Source of the DNA: Anatilimnocola sp.
GTDB lineage: Bacteria > Planctomycetota > Planctomycetia > Pirellulales > Pirellulaceae
DNA: 25,030 nt
NCBI GenBank assembly: GCA_031394445.1
Contig: JANNTN010000590.1
Coordinates: forward strand, 1-25,030
Direction of reading: 5' to 3'
Of this stretch, positions 24,344 to 25,030 are shown piece after piece. Under the pieces are notes generated by a model. The model was not told the DNA's origin and did not search any database. It was given only the letters and a program-made list of their open reading frames with translations. Numbering within the stretch: the first letter of the stretch is position 1; each line of letters starts with the position of its first letter. The position numbers were made by a program, and so were the translations under genes.

Positions 24344-25030
24344 ATGAGTCGTCCGGTCCGAATTTTGCTTTCGACACAGAATTCCCAGCGCCGCCAAAGC
24401 TGGAGCGAGGCGCTGCAAACGGCCCGTTGCCAGATCGTGGAGGGTAACGGCCAGGCGTCGGACGATGTTGACGTGTTGGTGATCGATCAGCCGTTGTCGG
24501 AATCCAATGTCGCCTTGGACGACGAGCGTTTGACGAAGGGCCAGGTAGGAATGGTCGCCGTCGGGGTTGGACTGCCGGCTGATGTGTCATTACCCACTGA
24601 CCATTCCTCTCGCGAGCTCCGCCTCGCCTGCCTGCTCTTGGCCGAAATCGTGCGGCTGCGGCGTCAACGCGAAGCCAGCCGGCGGCAAGAACGCGTCTTA
24701 ACGCATCTCGCGCTCTCCGATTCCCTCACCGGCCTCCCCAACCGTCGCGCCTGGGATCAGCAGATCGCCGAACGCCTGGCCAATGGCCAAGACGACAAAC
24801 CGCTTTGCGTCGTCTTGCTCGATATCGACCAATTTCACGACGTCAACGACATACTCGGCCACCAGGAGGGGGACGCGGCGCTCCGGCGGATCGCCGATCG
24901 CCTCAGCAACACCCTGCGCCGTGCCGGATACGTCGCCCGGCTCGGCGGCGACGAATTCGCCGTACTGCTCGAAGGCGTGAACGACACCAAGGCCGCCGCC
25001 GCAAAAAGTTGTCGCATCTGCTCTTCTTAA
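24344..25030 (+). CDS. GGDEF-domain protein (diguanylate cyclase-like) with a degenerate receiver-like N-terminus; it ends abnormally early at the window edge
   Basis: ATG at 24344 (MSRPVRILLST...). The track start at 24203 would translate the REP hairpins. GGDEF-domain strings: LTGLPNRR, DIDQFHDVND..GHQEGD, RLGGDEFAVLL. The TAA at 25028-25030 comes only about 20 codons after the GGDEF motif. Confidence 0.7.
   Translation: MSRPVRILLSTQNSQRRQSWSEALQTARCQIVEGNGQASDDVDVLVIDQPLSESNVALDDERLTKGQVGMVAVGVGLPADVSLPTDHSSRELRLACLLLAEIVRLRRQREASRRQERVLTHLALSDSLTGLPNRRAWDQQIAERLANGQDDKPLCVVLLDIDQFHDVNDILGHQEGDAALRRIADRLSNTLRRAGYVARLGGDEFAVLLEGVNDTKAAAAKSCRICSS

Overview
High-GC chromosomal segment with a Planctomycetota-type gene repertoire, judged from protein motifs only. 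It carries two PSD gene pairs: DUF1592->DUF1552 and PSCyt/DUF1549/DUF1553->DUF1501. Housekeeping and periplasmic genes include an NHL propeller, a Gfo/Idh/MocA oxidoreductase, an NRDE protein, a TAT-exported Mo-oxidoreductase, an FKBP PPIase, CbiX, an S41 tail-specific protease, PyrB and a GGDEF protein. I saw no rRNA, tRNA or CRISPR array. The stand-out feature is one uninterrupted 913-codon ORF (13633-16374, minus strand). It fuses a TM0106/Cas4-like RecB-family nuclease module and an RNase-H-fold exonuclease to an IS66-type zinc-finger/DDE transposase. This ORF sits alone inside a 3.6 kb gap that splits the DUF1553->DUF1501 pair, which is normally tightly linked. I know of no described architecture like it; it could be a new transposon type or a domesticated nuclease-transposase. 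Second, an IS200-like REP-associated tyrosine transposase (RAYT, 4970-5425) is bracketed by inverted GC-rich hairpin repeats. Third, there are several other short palindromic or tandem repeat families: a two-hairpin module flanking pyrB on both sides, a 33-nt-period unit duplicated in frame inside the DUF1553 gene, a 7-nt repeat inside cbiX, and GC-TNAA-GC hairpins. PyrB also carries a C-terminal PyrI-like zinc domain. All functional calls come from reading motifs by eye; no searches were run.
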